NCBI GenBank assembly: GCA_963667015.2
Contig: CAXXJJ010000003.1
Span: forward strand, 129,728 to 193,727
Length of the DNA: 64,000 bases
Reading direction: 5' to 3'
Source: Desulfatiglandales bacterium
Lineage (GTDB): Bacteria; Desulfobacterota; DSM-4660; Desulfatiglandales; HGW-15
Within the stretch, counting starts at the first letter, position 1. Every line of letters begins with the position of its first letter. The position numbers were made by a program, and so were the translations under genes. Shown in pieces: positions 30,513 through 41,270 of this stretch. Below the pieces are notes generated by a model. That model did not search any database. It was not told where the DNA came from and saw nothing but the letters and a program-made list of their open reading frames with translations.

Positions 30513-31421
30513 TTAAAAAACACCTAAAAGCAGTGATCCTCCAAAAAGTACAATAAGCAGGGAGCCGAAAACCGTAAGGCCTTTCTGGATATAATGCTGA
30601 ACCTTTTTCCTGCCTGCAGTGCTCTTTACCAGAGTCTGTCTTCCCACTATACTGATGAGGCCTGCAATCATGATAGTTACAGCCATACCCAGTGCCATAA
30701 GCAGCGACATGGCCAGACCTGTGGCAAGAAGGTTGAAGGAGAGTGCAAAAAGCATGATTATCACAACGCCGGGGCAGGGAACAATGCCTACTGCAAGTGC
30801 AATTGGCAGCAGTTTTTTGTTTTCAACCTTTGATTCAGCCTCTGTGCCCTTTTTATTATTTTTAAACAGCCTGTCAGTAATATTAAAAAGGCTGTTTATT
30901 AAAAGGAAAAGGCCTAAAAAGAAAACAAGTGCATAGCTTATAATCTTTATATACCTGGAGATATTTTCAAATGATGCCAGGTAGGTTGTCTTGATAATGT
31001 AATAGAGCGAAAGTACTATTACAATTCCGGAAACAGCATGAAACAGGCTGATAAGAAACCCAAGAAACATGCCTTTTTTAATATTTGCCCTCTGGGATAT
31101 AAAATATGAAAAGACAACGACCTTGCCATGCCCGGGGCCAGCTGCATGTAACACACCATAGAGAAAAGAAATAAGGATAAGAGGTAAAAGGGTTTTAAAA
31201 GACCTGTCGTTCTTCAGTTTTTTTACACGTTCTGTTAATTCCGTATTCAATTTTTCCTGCCATAGCAGGATCTTACCTATTATCTTTGTAGCAACAGCAG
31301 GAAGTTTTATACTGCTGTCTTTCTCCGGTTTTTTAGCAATGAAAGGGTTATCCCTGGCACCTGATTGAAGCGTGATAGAAAATATAAGCAGTAAAACTGT
31401 AATTATTATGAATTTATTCAT
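30513..31421 (-). CDS. RcnA/NicO (HoxN/HupN/NixA-related, ZevB-like) metal transporter
   Basis: YGVLHAAGPGHGK, GIVPCPG, MALGMAVT. Confidence 0.88.
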   Translation of the reverse strand: MNKFIIITVLLLIFSITLQSGARDNPFIAKKPEKDSSIKLPAVATKIIGKILLWQEKLNTELTERVKKLKNDRSFKTLLPLILISFLYGVLHAAGPGHGKVVVFSYFISQRANIKKGMFLGFLISLFHAVSGIVIVLSLYYIIKTTYLASFENISRYIKIISYALVFFLGLFLLINSLFNITDRLFKNNKKGTEAESKVENKKLLPIALAVGIVPCPGVVIIMLFALSFNLLATGLAMSLLMALGMAVTIMIAGLISIVGRQTLVKSTAGRKKVQHYIQKGLTVFGSLLIVLFGGSLLLGVF

Positions 31422-32022
31422 TCTTTGTCCGGAACTTTACTATAATCTCTTCGGGATAGACCTGCCCGTAATAATAGGAATTATCTTTGTTCTTTTTAAT
31501 TTCATATCTGCAATCATAGCCAGAATCGTTATCAAGAGATACCTGTTCTTTTAATATTGTTATATTTGTATAGAACGATTCATCATATACAGATATTCTT
31601 ACTTCTTTATCTTCTTTATCTGCCTTTACATGACATGGAATAAAAAATTGATATACTACTGAATCCTTTACTATTTTTGCATTAAAATCCTTTACATACT
31701 TGACCGAAAAGGGTTTGCCGTTAATCTTTACATGTGTAAAATATTCAAAGTTTTCCAGGTTGGTAAATGCATTTTCATAGAGATCCTTTACCTCATCCGG
31801 TTCTAACTTTTTGTTCATGTTCTTGTCATGATCATGTATCAACATAGTGCTGAACATTTCATCCATGACCCATTCATGTCTGAACCCGGACATGCCCTGT
31901 TCGTCAAACTTGATAATTACTGCTCCATGAATCCAGACATGGGCATGACCTGATACTGTAAACGTTAGCCCCAAATAAAATAATAGTGCTGATACCGGTA
32001 TCCAGGTCAAGGGTCTTTTCAT
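31414..32022 (-). CDS. DUF1007 family periplasmic metal-binding protein (ZevA-like)
   Basis: Signal peptide then HAHVWI, HEWVMDEMFS, YFTH, VYDESFY; overlaps the transporter start. Confidence 0.85.
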   Translation of the reverse strand: MKRPLTWIPVSALLFYLGLTFTVSGHAHVWIHGAVIIKFDEQGMSGFRHEWVMDEMFSTMLIHDHDKNMNKKLEPDEVKDLYENAFTNLENFEYFTHVKINGKPFSVKYVKDFNAKIVKDSVVYQFFIPCHVKADKEDKEVRISVYDESFYTNITILKEQVSLDNDSGYDCRYEIKKNKDNSYYYGQVYPEEIIVKFRTKNE

Positions 32023-32191
32023 AAGCGTGGCACCCCGGTAAAAAATGAAAAAGTAACTGCTGTGTTTTTCAGAACTGTTTTGCATTATAGACTCGCTTGA
32101 TTGTTTAATGTCACTGGCATATGCCGGTAAAATATAGCTGTAGAAAATATTATTACTGAAAGAGAGAATACTATATCTATAATATTTTGCA

Positions 32192-32450
32192 GTGAAAAAT
32201 CAATATGAGTTATTCCATAAATCAGGAATGGAAGATATTGAATTACGAAAACGGCTTTTAAAGAACGCCACTCTTGAAGAACTGCAGAAAAGTGATGACA
32301 GTATTATAAAACTGGCCTTGAAACTGAGCGCGATGCTGGAGGATATAAAGGAATGTGAAAAACGTCTCTCAGGAGCATTGGTGCTGTTGCGGCCGCTTTA
32401 TTTCGAGGCACTGAGCGGATATAAATCCGGTAATATTGCGCCTGATTTCA
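32192..32450 (+). pseudogene. Probable fragment of an S46 dipeptidyl peptidase
   Basis: SDDSIIKLAL...LRPLYFEAL...IAPD resembles the S46 segment preceding PDANST; similarity ends abruptly. Confidence 0.4.
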
Positions 32451-32603
32451 TTATTGATGCGGTTTCGCCGGTGAGTTACTTGCTGCAGGAAATCGTCTCT
32501 ACAATACCTGCTTTTTTAACTGGTCTGCTGATCAGAGCCTTCAGGCTGCGGGTTATTTTCACGAAATCACCAAGACCCAAATATTTTGTCTGTCCATGCT
32601 AGG

Positions 32604-33273
32604 TGGCGGCCTGTATTTTCCGGGATAGGTCTGGGGGCATTATATAAGATTCCGCAGAATATGTTTAAGCTGTTACCGAATCCGTTAATTATAATTTTAA
32701 AGGGCAGTTAAAAGGAGGCACCATTGGAGTGGATGCAACTACGGCCCTGCTTGGTGCTACACCCTGGAAGCAGCAGTTGACAGAGTTTATCGGTCTACTT
32801 TTTCCTTCTATCGCCATGGGATTTACAGTGTTTTTCCTTAACGATGCCTTTGGATTTGACCAGATCGAGGGTTCAACCCGTGCTCCTCTGCTTGCACCAC
32901 AGGCCAATGTAATGGCTACTCTGGTTCAGGGAGTTATGAATTCCAATCTGCCCTGGCTGCCTATTATTGTAGGCAGAATGATAGCCCTGGCAGTAGAACT
33001 GCTCGGTATTTCTTCATTTCCCTTTGCAATAGATCTTTTTCTTCCACTTTTATTGTCCACTCCGATAATGACAGGAGGTCTGGTTTCTCTTCTTATCAAT
33101 AAATTTGCTAAAGACGGCTCTCAAAAACGAAAAAATGAAAACGGTATTCTCTTCTCGTCAGGACTTGTAGCGGGTGATGTGATGCACTGGTTATAGTATT
33201 TGTGGCCTTTATGATAGGGACATGGAGTGCCTATGAACACTTCTATAATGCATATGACGGCCTGGATAACTGA
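32604..33273 (+). pseudogene. OPT-family oligopeptide transporter remnant
   Basis: GIGLGALYK, frameshift, GATPWKQQ, APQANVMATLVQG, GILFSSGLVAGD, then a GTGAT duplication frameshift. Confidence 0.8.
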
Positions 33274-33274
33274 A

Positions 33275-33979
33275 TTAAAACAGCCGTCCAATTAAAAATG
33301 GGAGGGCTGTTTCCACCCTTAGTATTCTGTCACCAAGAGAAACGGCCTTGAACCCTATATTCTTCAATGCATCAATCTCATAGGGTATAAAACCTCCTTC
33401 CGGGCCAATGGCAAGGGTTACAGGTTTATCTACTTTATGCGGGCACGGGATTTCCGCTGAAGGATGAGAAACCAGAGAAAGAGAGTCCTTAATAATCAAT
33501 GGGAGCTCATCTTCGACAAATGGTTTAAAACGTTTTTTTATTTGAATTTGCGGCAAAATGGTGTCTTTACCCTGTTCAAGTCCTTTTATCATCTGGTCTG
33601 TCAGGTTTTCATAATCAAGCACCGGGCTCTCCCAGTAGCTTTTCTCTACCCTCCACGTTTTTATTATGTATATTTCCTTTATCCCCATTGATGCTGCATG
33701 CTGGATAACCCTGTTAAATACCTTTGGTCTTGGCATTGCTATAATGAGTCTGAGAGGAATCGGGGCAGGGGGAGGGGTGTTGAGATTAAGATCAAGGGTA
33801 AGCATGCTGTTATTAACATCAGTAACAATACCTTCACCCATGAGGCCGCCCAGAAGACCCGATTTAAGAGTGTCTCCGGCAGCAGGCTTAATATATGTTA
33901 GAATATGACGGAGTTTCCTGCCGGTTATCTCGGCTTTACCTTCGTGAATATTTTCTTTGTCCAGTATTATTAAATTCAT
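33275..33979 (-). CDS. rsmE: 16S rRNA m3U1498 methyltransferase
   Basis: MPRPKV, RVEKSYW, AIGPEGGF, LGDRILRVETA. Confidence 0.92.
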   Translation of the reverse strand: MNLIILDKENIHEGKAEITGRKLRHILTYIKPAAGDTLKSGLLGGLMGEGIVTDVNNSMLTLDLNLNTPPPAPIPLRLIIAMPRPKVFNRVIQHAASMGIKEIYIIKTWRVEKSYWESPVLDYENLTDQMIKGLEQGKDTILPQIQIKKRFKPFVEDELPLIIKDSLSLVSHPSAEIPCPHKVDKPVTLAIGPEGGFIPYEIDALKNIGFKAVSLGDRILRVETALPFLIGRLF

Positions 33980-34342
33980 TGAGCCTCTTGTCCTGAATAT
34001 GGGAAATAATTACAGGTTTGACTTTATTTTAATCATTTTATTAACCAAAAAGAATAGACCATAAGCCCTTTTTTGCCAACACCGAAATTTACCATTGATT
34101 GCAGGATACTGATAAAAACCACCTGCTTTTAGGTCCCAATAGTCTTAAATGTTAATAACATTTTATTTAAAGCGCATGATGAACTGTATTTTAGGTTCAT
34201 TTTATATGCTGTCTTTTGAATCACTCAAACAAAATAAATACCTGAAATAACCTGTAGCTCCTGTCTTTAAAAACTCCGATACTGTTTAGTTTATAAATGC
34301 GGTTTTTATAATATGTTTAACAGTCTAATAAGGAAGGAGAAG

Positions 34343-35130
34343 ATGTTGGCAGTTTCACGATACTGTACGGTAGTTTTTGCATTGTTTGTTGCTGTTTTCC
34401 TCATGGTTAATATTTATCTTGCCGGCAGCGTCAGCCCGACAACAGCCGATATAGATGAGGAGGATCTCACTAAAAGGGATCGAATGATCCGGGAGGCGGA
34501 TGTTTATATCACTGAAGATTTCATGTCGGTTGACCTTGATGCCTCCGATCTGTCAATCGGGAAAAAATTCCTGGGGGACATGAGCCGCTCGTGGGGGTAT
34601 ATGCTTCTGGCGCTCAGGCACCGGACAAACCGGCAAATGCCAGGCTGATACCGGCGGGATTGCCTGATGCGTTCATGTCAGGAAGTGGAAAAGACTCATC
34701 CTCACTGTTAGACCTTGATACATCAGATGCAATTGAGATATAGAGTCGAACCATTCCGCGGGGCGGACAGAGGCAAGTCAGTATTCGGTTTAAGGAACCG
34801 ATCGATGTCGGGATTTATAAGGCCAAACTCAGATTTGGTGCATTAAATGCTGATTCTGAGAAGTTCTATGAATTGGCTGTTTCTCTGCTCATGGAACGGC
34901 ACTGGATCTGGGCCGTGCTTGTGCTTTTTCTGGGAGTGGTGTTGTCATGGTTGTCTACCAAGGGTATTGAGACCCTTGGGGAGCGGGGTAACTTTCCGAG
35001 GCGAATATTGAAGCACAGCCAGAACTAATGGTTACGCCTTGATAACTAAGGCAGTGGACCAATCGTCCGCGCATTGGCAAGAATTGCCAAGATGCGGGAT
35101 GCAATGAAAAGAGTAAAAAATCTGGGAAAA
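34343..35130 (+). pseudogene. Degraded membrane-protein gene
   Basis: N-terminal TM ORF; a second frame from 34621 reads protein-like (incl. HWIWAVLVLFLGVVLSW) but has stops at 34741, 35026, 35047. Confidence 0.45.
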
Positions 35131-35263
35131 CTATCCGTATTTAAAATTGTAGACAGTTGTGTATGGAACAAACTGACAGAACAAAACCTGGTGATAGAAA
35201 AGGCAGGCCTTCTCGGCTCCTGTGAAGACTATCTGGCATTGTTTACACGGGGCTTTGTCTATA

Positions 35264-36730
35264 TTATTCTGTTTTAGCCCATCTCTTTATCACTGGACTC
35301 AGGGCAATAAAGAAGATTGCACCTCCAACACCAAATTGTACGACTGCCATAAACAGGTCAGGCATCTGCTGTACATTTTCCGGGTCAAAATTACCGGCAT
35401 AAAGTCCTGCAATAAGGTTGCCCAGGGCAGATCCTACAAACCATACCCCCATCATCTGGCTGTAATATTTGCGGGGCGCCAGTTTTGTTGTTGCGCTTAA
35501 TCCGACAGGGCTTAATGTCAGTTCACCGATTGTGTGCAGAAAATATGTCATGATAAGCCATGTCATACCCACCTTTGTCCCGGCGGATACAATTTTTGCT
35601 GCAAAGTACATCACCAGAAATCCCGCGGCCAGCAGAAACAGGCCCACTGCAAATTTCAGCGGTGTGCCAGGGTTAAGATTACGGGCCGCCATCCTGACCC
35701 ACAGCGCACCTACTAACGGGGCAAAGATGACTATAAAAATGGGGTTTACACTCTGAAGCCATCCGGCCGGAAGCTCCCAGCCAAATAATATCCTGTTCGT
35801 ATAATCCCTGGCAAAGAGATTAAGTGAAGAACCAGCCTGTTCAAATCCTGACCAGAACATGGCCGCGCCGATAAAAAGAAAAAAGATTACAAGTGTTTGC
35901 TTTTTCTCCGTAGTGTTTAAACCGCCCGCAACAAACAGATAAACAAAAAAGAACAGGATTACCGTAACAATAAGAACTCCGACAGTACTGGCAATACCAA
36001 CAGCGCTTAACATATCGATGTAACCGAATATCTGCAGGGAAACCAACAGGGCAATCAGGATTAAGATCATGGCAATGGCCATGGGCTTATTTGACGGCGC
36101 ATCGGTTTTTACCCCTTTATCTGCCTTTGGCTTGAGTCCTATTTCACCAAGGTTCTTCTGGGAAACCCGATACTGGATCAGGCCTGCCAGCATTCCAAAG
36201 GCAGCAAGGCTGAACCCCAGGTGCCAGTTTACCTTTTCTCCAAAATAGGCAACAACAGTCTGCCCCAGTATTGCACCTACATTTATCCCCATGTAAAAAA
36301 TAGTGAAACCTGCATCCCGTTTTGCATCTGTAGCCGGATAGAGATCTCCTATTACGGAACTTATGTTCGGTTTTAATAAACCGGTTCCAACGGCAACAAA
36401 ACAGAGACCCGCATAAAAAATTACGATTACCCCTGGAATTGCCAGAAGGGTATGGCCTATCATAATACATATGCCGCCGTACCAGATTGCTTTACGCTGG
36501 CCCAGGACATTATCTGCAATCCATCCGCCGGGCAGGGTCAGGAGATAAACCCCGGCCGTATACAGTCCGTAAATAGCCCCTGCCGTTTCAGTTGTAAGCC
36601 CTAATCCTTCCCTGGCTGTATCAGTTGTCATGAAAAGCAGAAGGATAGCCCTCATGCCGTAATAGCTGAATCTTTCCCACATCTCGGTAAAGAACAGTAC
36701 CCGCAGTCCTTTTGGATGCTCTTTAAACAT
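35264..36730 (-). CDS. POT/PTR family di-/tripeptide:H+ symporter
   Basis: EMWERFSYYGMRA, GTGLLKPNIS, FYMGINVGA, GELTLSPVGLS. Confidence 0.95.
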   Translation of the reverse strand: MFKEHPKGLRVLFFTEMWERFSYYGMRAILLLFMTTDTAREGLGLTTETAGAIYGLYTAGVYLLTLPGGWIADNVLGQRKAIWYGGICIMIGHTLLAIPGVIVIFYAGLCFVAVGTGLLKPNISSVIGDLYPATDAKRDAGFTIFYMGINVGAILGQTVVAYFGEKVNWHLGFSLAAFGMLAGLIQYRVSQKNLGEIGLKPKADKGVKTDAPSNKPMAIAMILILIALLVSLQIFGYIDMLSAVGIASTVGVLIVTVILFFFVYLFVAGGLNTTEKKQTLVIFFLFIGAAMFWSGFEQAGSSLNLFARDYTNRILFGWELPAGWLQSVNPIFIVIFAPLVGALWVRMAARNLNPGTPLKFAVGLFLLAAGFLVMYFAAKIVSAGTKVGMTWLIMTYFLHTIGELTLSPVGLSATTKLAPRKYYSQMMGVWFVGSALGNLIAGLYAGNFDPENVQQMPDLFMAVVQFGVGGAIFFIALSPVIKRWAKTE

Positions 36731-36780
36731 AAAATCTGATTCCTTTCGTTACTGGTTTATGAACCCTGCATTTACCAGTT

Positions 36781-38439
36781 CTATCGCCAGTCGTCAATAT
36801 TGGTACTTCCCCCCAGCATGCCTGGTCCCATCATAAAATCTGTCATAAACCAGGTTGTCTGGATTCCTCCCCCTGTAACAATTATTTTAATCGCAGACGC
36901 GTCAGTGAACTCTTTTATCTTTTCACCCGAAGGGTATTGCGTTTTTTCTACATTATCTGCAAACCATTTGCTCAGCTGATCTTTCGTCTTAAAACCGTAG
37001 CTGTCTTTAAGAAGATCTGCAACGGTCGGATCCATAATGACGGTGGCCGATCCCATTGTGAGGGATTTCATATAGTCACCCATTATCATGTACACAGGAT
37101 GTTCCTTCACGGCCATGATTACGCTGGAGATATATGACCAGCCAACTCCCACTGATATGACATTGTCATTTGGCTTAAACCCCATCTGCACGTGAAAGGG
37201 CTTCCATCCCCGGGGCAGTGCCTCTTCGTTTTCCGCGATACATACATTGTTATACTGCATGGTGCTTCCCAGGCTGCTCCAGGTTGTTTTTTCGCTGTGC
37301 AGACCGCCGATGGTCTTTGACATGATTGTGTAGCTTCGGCCGATAACCGCATTGGCCTCGTTATGGGGGCCCATGACATTTGTGCCGTAATTCATGCCTA
37401 TCTCATCCCGTATGGGCCCGTTGACCAGGATCATGTTGGCCATGGAGGATGTCGAGTTTCCAAAAGGTATATGATTGGCAAGGGCCAGGATTACCGGAAG
37501 ATATTCAGGTTTTGCACCGGCCATAACAGCACAGGTTGCCACCCTTTCTACCGTAACCTCACGTTTGCCCCCGGGCCAGTCCAGTGTCTTGATAATTTCG
37601 TCCGGCTTGTGGGAAGTGCCTTTGAGCATTTCTGCTACCCGCTCTTCGGTAGGAAGGACAATGGGAAGATAGTCTGTCCAGTCATTGTCTTTGAACAGGC
37701 GGTTAAGATTTTCTTCCGTGTCCGGTCCGAGAAAACGTGATCCCTCCGGTTGAGGTTCAGGCGCCGGCCCTTTGTATTTTTCACTTTCGGTCAGCGGGAG
37801 TGTAAGGGCGTCAATAAGTGCCTGCATCATTGGTTTTCCGCTTACGACATCGTTAGTATCAAAAACATATTTATGGTGGACCGACTGAGGCTGTCCAGCA
37901 ACAGGAAAAGGAAAGGATATAAATCGAATGGGCGATCCATTAGTATACTTAAAATCATGATTCAGGGCGTAGTTTATTATATTGGATGCCGCCCCTCCTA
38001 CTGTCGGGACACCATAGTTCTGTTCCAGGGTTTTGCAGTTTCGGCTCACGGCCGATGTGCAGCTGTCTCACCCGGATATCCCTACCATGGCCGCGTCACC
38101 CTTTTCCTTTATCTCCTGCCAAAGTTCCGGCTGATCCTGCATATAGGAGCCCTTGATTGATCTGATCTCAACCTTTACACCGGGCATATTCCGGGCAAAC
38201 CATGCCTTTATTTCCCTGTAAATGGGGGGAGCGGCATTGGGGCCTCCCCAGCCGATATCCACCAGGTAAAGGGTCTTTCCTTCCAGCGTATCATGCCTTG
38301 GAATAAGGGGGATGCGATCAACCATACTGTTGGGCGGTGTCGGATTTAATACCCTGATTTTTTTTTCGGAAGAATATGCTGTGGAACATACAGCTGTGAG
38401 TAGAATAAATAATATTGCGGACCATATCTTTGTAGTCAA
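36781..38439 (-). CDS. UGSC-family selenoprotein (552 aa; Sec124 in U-D-S-C), signal peptide-like N-terminus
   Basis: ORFs 38068-38439 and 36781-38049 are one frame joined by TGA GAC AGC TGC; downstream TDYLPIVLPTEERV...AVMAGAKPEYLPV; AGGAGG RBS before TTG. Confidence 0.8.
38041..38070 (-). promoter_or_regulatory. Candidate bacterial SECIS element
   Basis: UGA, then UCGGC-CGUGA-GCCGA hairpin whose loop starts 17 nt after the UGA and has GU at positions 2-3. Confidence 0.55.
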
Positions 38440-38498
38440 ATTGCACCTCCTGTTTAAAGGTTGCTAATTCGTTGATAAGAAATCCCTTTGTTATAATA

Positions 38499-39245
38499 CT
38501 ACTCTTTTTTTTCGGGATGTTCATACCACATTTTGTAACAGGCATTACGGTTTTGAAAGGGTCTCAGGTAGAAGAGCATACCTAAAAACATATTCAATTG
38601 TTCTCTCCTATTGTACCACGTAAGCTTTCGGTTGCTTGTAATAACCGGTTCTTCCAGGATGATAAACTTTTTTCCCTTCTGCCTGCCCCATAGTCGCAGG
38701 GCTCGTGAAAAGTGAATCTCCTCGGAAGCGTAATAACGCTCATCAAAGCCGCCTGTCGCTATGAATGCCTCACGGGTACAAAAGACATATGCCCCGCATG
38801 CCCATTTAAAGGTTCTTGAAAGAAACAGCCATAAATTAAGGGTGCACCTTGCCATAAAATCAAGATGCCCGTCAAACTCGACAACTGTTCCTCCTCCGCA
38901 GTATTTGCCCGATTCAAGGGCTTTAAGGGTCTCTTTTAGGAGAGCCGCAGGCAATGTTGTATCACTATCAATGAAGATAATATATTTTCCAAGGGCTTTC
39001 TTTGCCCCGGCATTTCGCGCCCGTGAAATCTGGCGGTGTTCCTCAAAGACTACCCTTGCACCTGATTCCTCTGCTATAGCTGCCGTGCGATCGGTTGAGT
39101 TATTGTCTGTAACAATAATCTCACCTTTAAATTTTTTCAGGGCATTCATCGATTCCCTGATACCTTCCAGTGTGGCCGGCAGATACTCTTCCTCATTATA
39201 GGCAGGAATGATAACGGAATAGTCGATTTTTGTTTCCGGCTTCAT
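38499..39245 (-). CDS. Glycosyltransferase family 2
   Basis: SVIIPAYNEE, DNNSTDRT, RARNAGA, FIDSD, GGFDE. Confidence 0.92.
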   Translation of the reverse strand: MKPETKIDYSVIIPAYNEEEYLPATLEGIRESMNALKKFKGEIIVTDNNSTDRTAAIAEESGARVVFEEHRQISRARNAGAKKALGKYIIFIDSDTTLPAALLKETLKALESGKYCGGGTVVEFDGHLDFMARCTLNLWLFLSRTFKWACGAYVFCTREAFIATGGFDERYYASEEIHFSRALRLWGRQKGKKFIILEEPVITSNRKLTWYNRREQLNMFLGMLFYLRPFQNRNACYKMWYEHPEKKE

Positions 39246-39653
39246 ATATCCTCGGTTTATTTTGAGAATCATACCTTTTATCATAATATGAAATATTAAA
39301 ATATGGCAAGAGTAACAGCAGAAGGAAATAAAAGGCAGACGATTATCACCTGTTTTTCCTGACAGTGTTCAGGATCAATAACTTCAGCCTGTTTTTATTC
39401 TTGCCTTTTAATCCTGTTGGCATTAAATCTGGATTATAGTCTTACTTCATGCACATCAGATCTTATCGATGTAATTTTGCATTATCATTATTCAGGTTTA
39501 TAAACGGCATCCTTACCTTGGTCATTGATTTTATCATCGCTCGGTAAATGCTGCCTGTTTCTTCATGAACAGGTGGTCAGAGAAACTACCCTGAAGCGGA
39601 AAAAACGACTTGTTGGTATAAAATGGAGTTGAGTAAAAAATGTAAATAAGTTG

Positions 39654-39711
39654 TAACACATTGAAATAAAAAGCTAATTGAATGATATGCAGTCCTGGCA
39701 TGAATCATGCT
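39654..39711 (+). promoter_or_regulatory. Sigma54-type promoter with upstream IHF-like site
   Basis: TGGCAT-GAATC-ATGCT at 39696-39711; TAACACATTGAAA at 39654 approximates the IHF consensus on the reverse strand. Confidence 0.5.
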
Positions 39712-39963
39712 TTTGCCTTTACGTAATATTTACAGTGACTTTTCTGTATCATGATTAGTCATAACTGTTTAATAGGCAGAGGAAGATATTCCGTGTGTCT
39801 GTTGCAGAAATAGTCTTAAGATTTTCCCTCAATAATTTGTATCAAGTTTTTTAGCATTTATCAGATAAAAGAAATTACCTTTGAATTTAAATTTTGGCGA
39901 AGGTTCGTACACATATGTATAAATTCTGCCCGCCTGAATTGATATTTGATACTGAGGAGCTAA

Positions 39964-41238
39964 ATGGATAGAGCAATTGAAAAAAAGCGATGGCCTGCGA
40001 GCAGGATTACTCTGATTTTTTGTATCTGTTTAATAATAACCTTCCTTGCATACCTTGTAATATCCCGTTCGGGGAGTACAAGGCTGAAGATTGATCCAAC
40101 AAGGATGACAATTTCACAGGTAAAATATGGTGAGTTTCGCGAATACTACCCCTTTGACGGTACTGTAGTGCCTGTCACATCAGTTTACCTGGATATCGAA
40201 GAGGGCGGAAGGGTGGAAGAGATATTTGTCGAAGGAGGACAATCCATCCAAAAGGGGGATAGAATTCTGCGCTTTTCCAATGATACCCTTCAGAGAAATT
40301 CCATAGACACAGAAACCCGGCTGCTGGAAAACCTGGACACCCTTCGAAATACACAGTTCAACAGGGCTCAGAGCAAACTGCTTTTAAGGGATACTCTTCT
40401 GGATATGAATTACAATATCCTCAGACTTGAGAAGAAATACAGGCGTTACAAGGCACTGAAGAAGGATGATGTTGTTGTATCAGAGGAACAGTATGAAAAT
40501 GTATTTGATGAATTGAACTATCAGAAGGAAAAGCGAGATCTTCTTAAGGAGAGGATCAGACAGGAAGATCTGCTGAGTGAAAAACAGATAGAGCAGGCCA
40601 ATAAATCAATAGAACGCCTGAATATAAGCCTCGATCTGCTGGGAAAGACAATGGACAGCCTTGAGGTCCGGGCACCAATATCCGGACATCTATCGAGTAT
40701 AAGCGCAGACATAGGACAGACTATCAGCCGCGGCCAGAGGATCGGTCAGATTGATATTCTGGACCGCCTCAAGATTCGCGCAGGCATTGACCAGTATTAC
40801 AATTCAAAAGTGGATATAGAGACAAAGGGTAAATTCAGCCTGGATGGAAAAACATACGAAGTGGAGGTTATGAAAATTTACCCCGAAGTAATAAACGATC
40901 AATTCAATGTTGATATGGCATTTGCAGGTGATCCGCCTGAAGGGATTAAACGCGGGCAGACACTTACTGTGGAATTGGATTTCAGTGAGTCGGAAAAGAG
41001 TCTGATGGTAACAAAGGGCGGATTTTATCAGGAGACGGGCGGCCGATGGGTATACCTGGTATCGGAAGACGGCGCAACAGCGCATCGTGCCGATATACGT
41101 CTGGGCCGTCAGAATCCGCGATTCGTTGAGGTATTGGAAGGATTGAAGGAAGGCGACATGGTAATTACTTCAGGTTATGACACATTTAAAGAAGCAGATA
41201 CCCTGATATTTGATGAACCGATCAATCTTGCCAGATAA
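39964..41238 (+). CDS. Periplasmic adaptor (MacA/HlyD-like)
   Basis: N-terminal TM, EEGGRVEE, long coiled coil, VRAPISG, LGRQNPRFVEVLEGL. Confidence 0.9.
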   Translation: MDRAIEKKRWPASRITLIFCICLIITFLAYLVISRSGSTRLKIDPTRMTISQVKYGEFREYYPFDGTVVPVTSVYLDIEEGGRVEEIFVEGGQSIQKGDRILRFSNDTLQRNSIDTETRLLENLDTLRNTQFNRAQSKLLLRDTLLDMNYNILRLEKKYRRYKALKKDDVVVSEEQYENVFDELNYQKEKRDLLKERIRQEDLLSEKQIEQANKSIERLNISLDLLGKTMDSLEVRAPISGHLSSISADIGQTISRGQRIGQIDILDRLKIRAGIDQYYNSKVDIETKGKFSLDGKTYEVEVMKIYPEVINDQFNVDMAFAGDPPEGIKRGQTLTVELDFSESEKSLMVTKGGFYQETGGRWVYLVSEDGATAHRADIRLGRQNPRFVEVLEGLKEGDMVITSGYDTFKEADTLIFDEPINLAR

Positions 41239-41270
41239 ATTTTACTGGTAATCTAAAAGGAGGGATGTGA

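Noticed and set aside
34741..34743. In-frame TAG as possible pyrrolysine
   Set aside because: The same frame also has TAA stops at 35026 and 35047, which indicates decay
39473..39492. Fur-box-like AATAATGATAATG on the reverse strand
   Set aside because: Only about 12 of 19 consensus positions match in AT-rich DNA, and it is not next to iron genes
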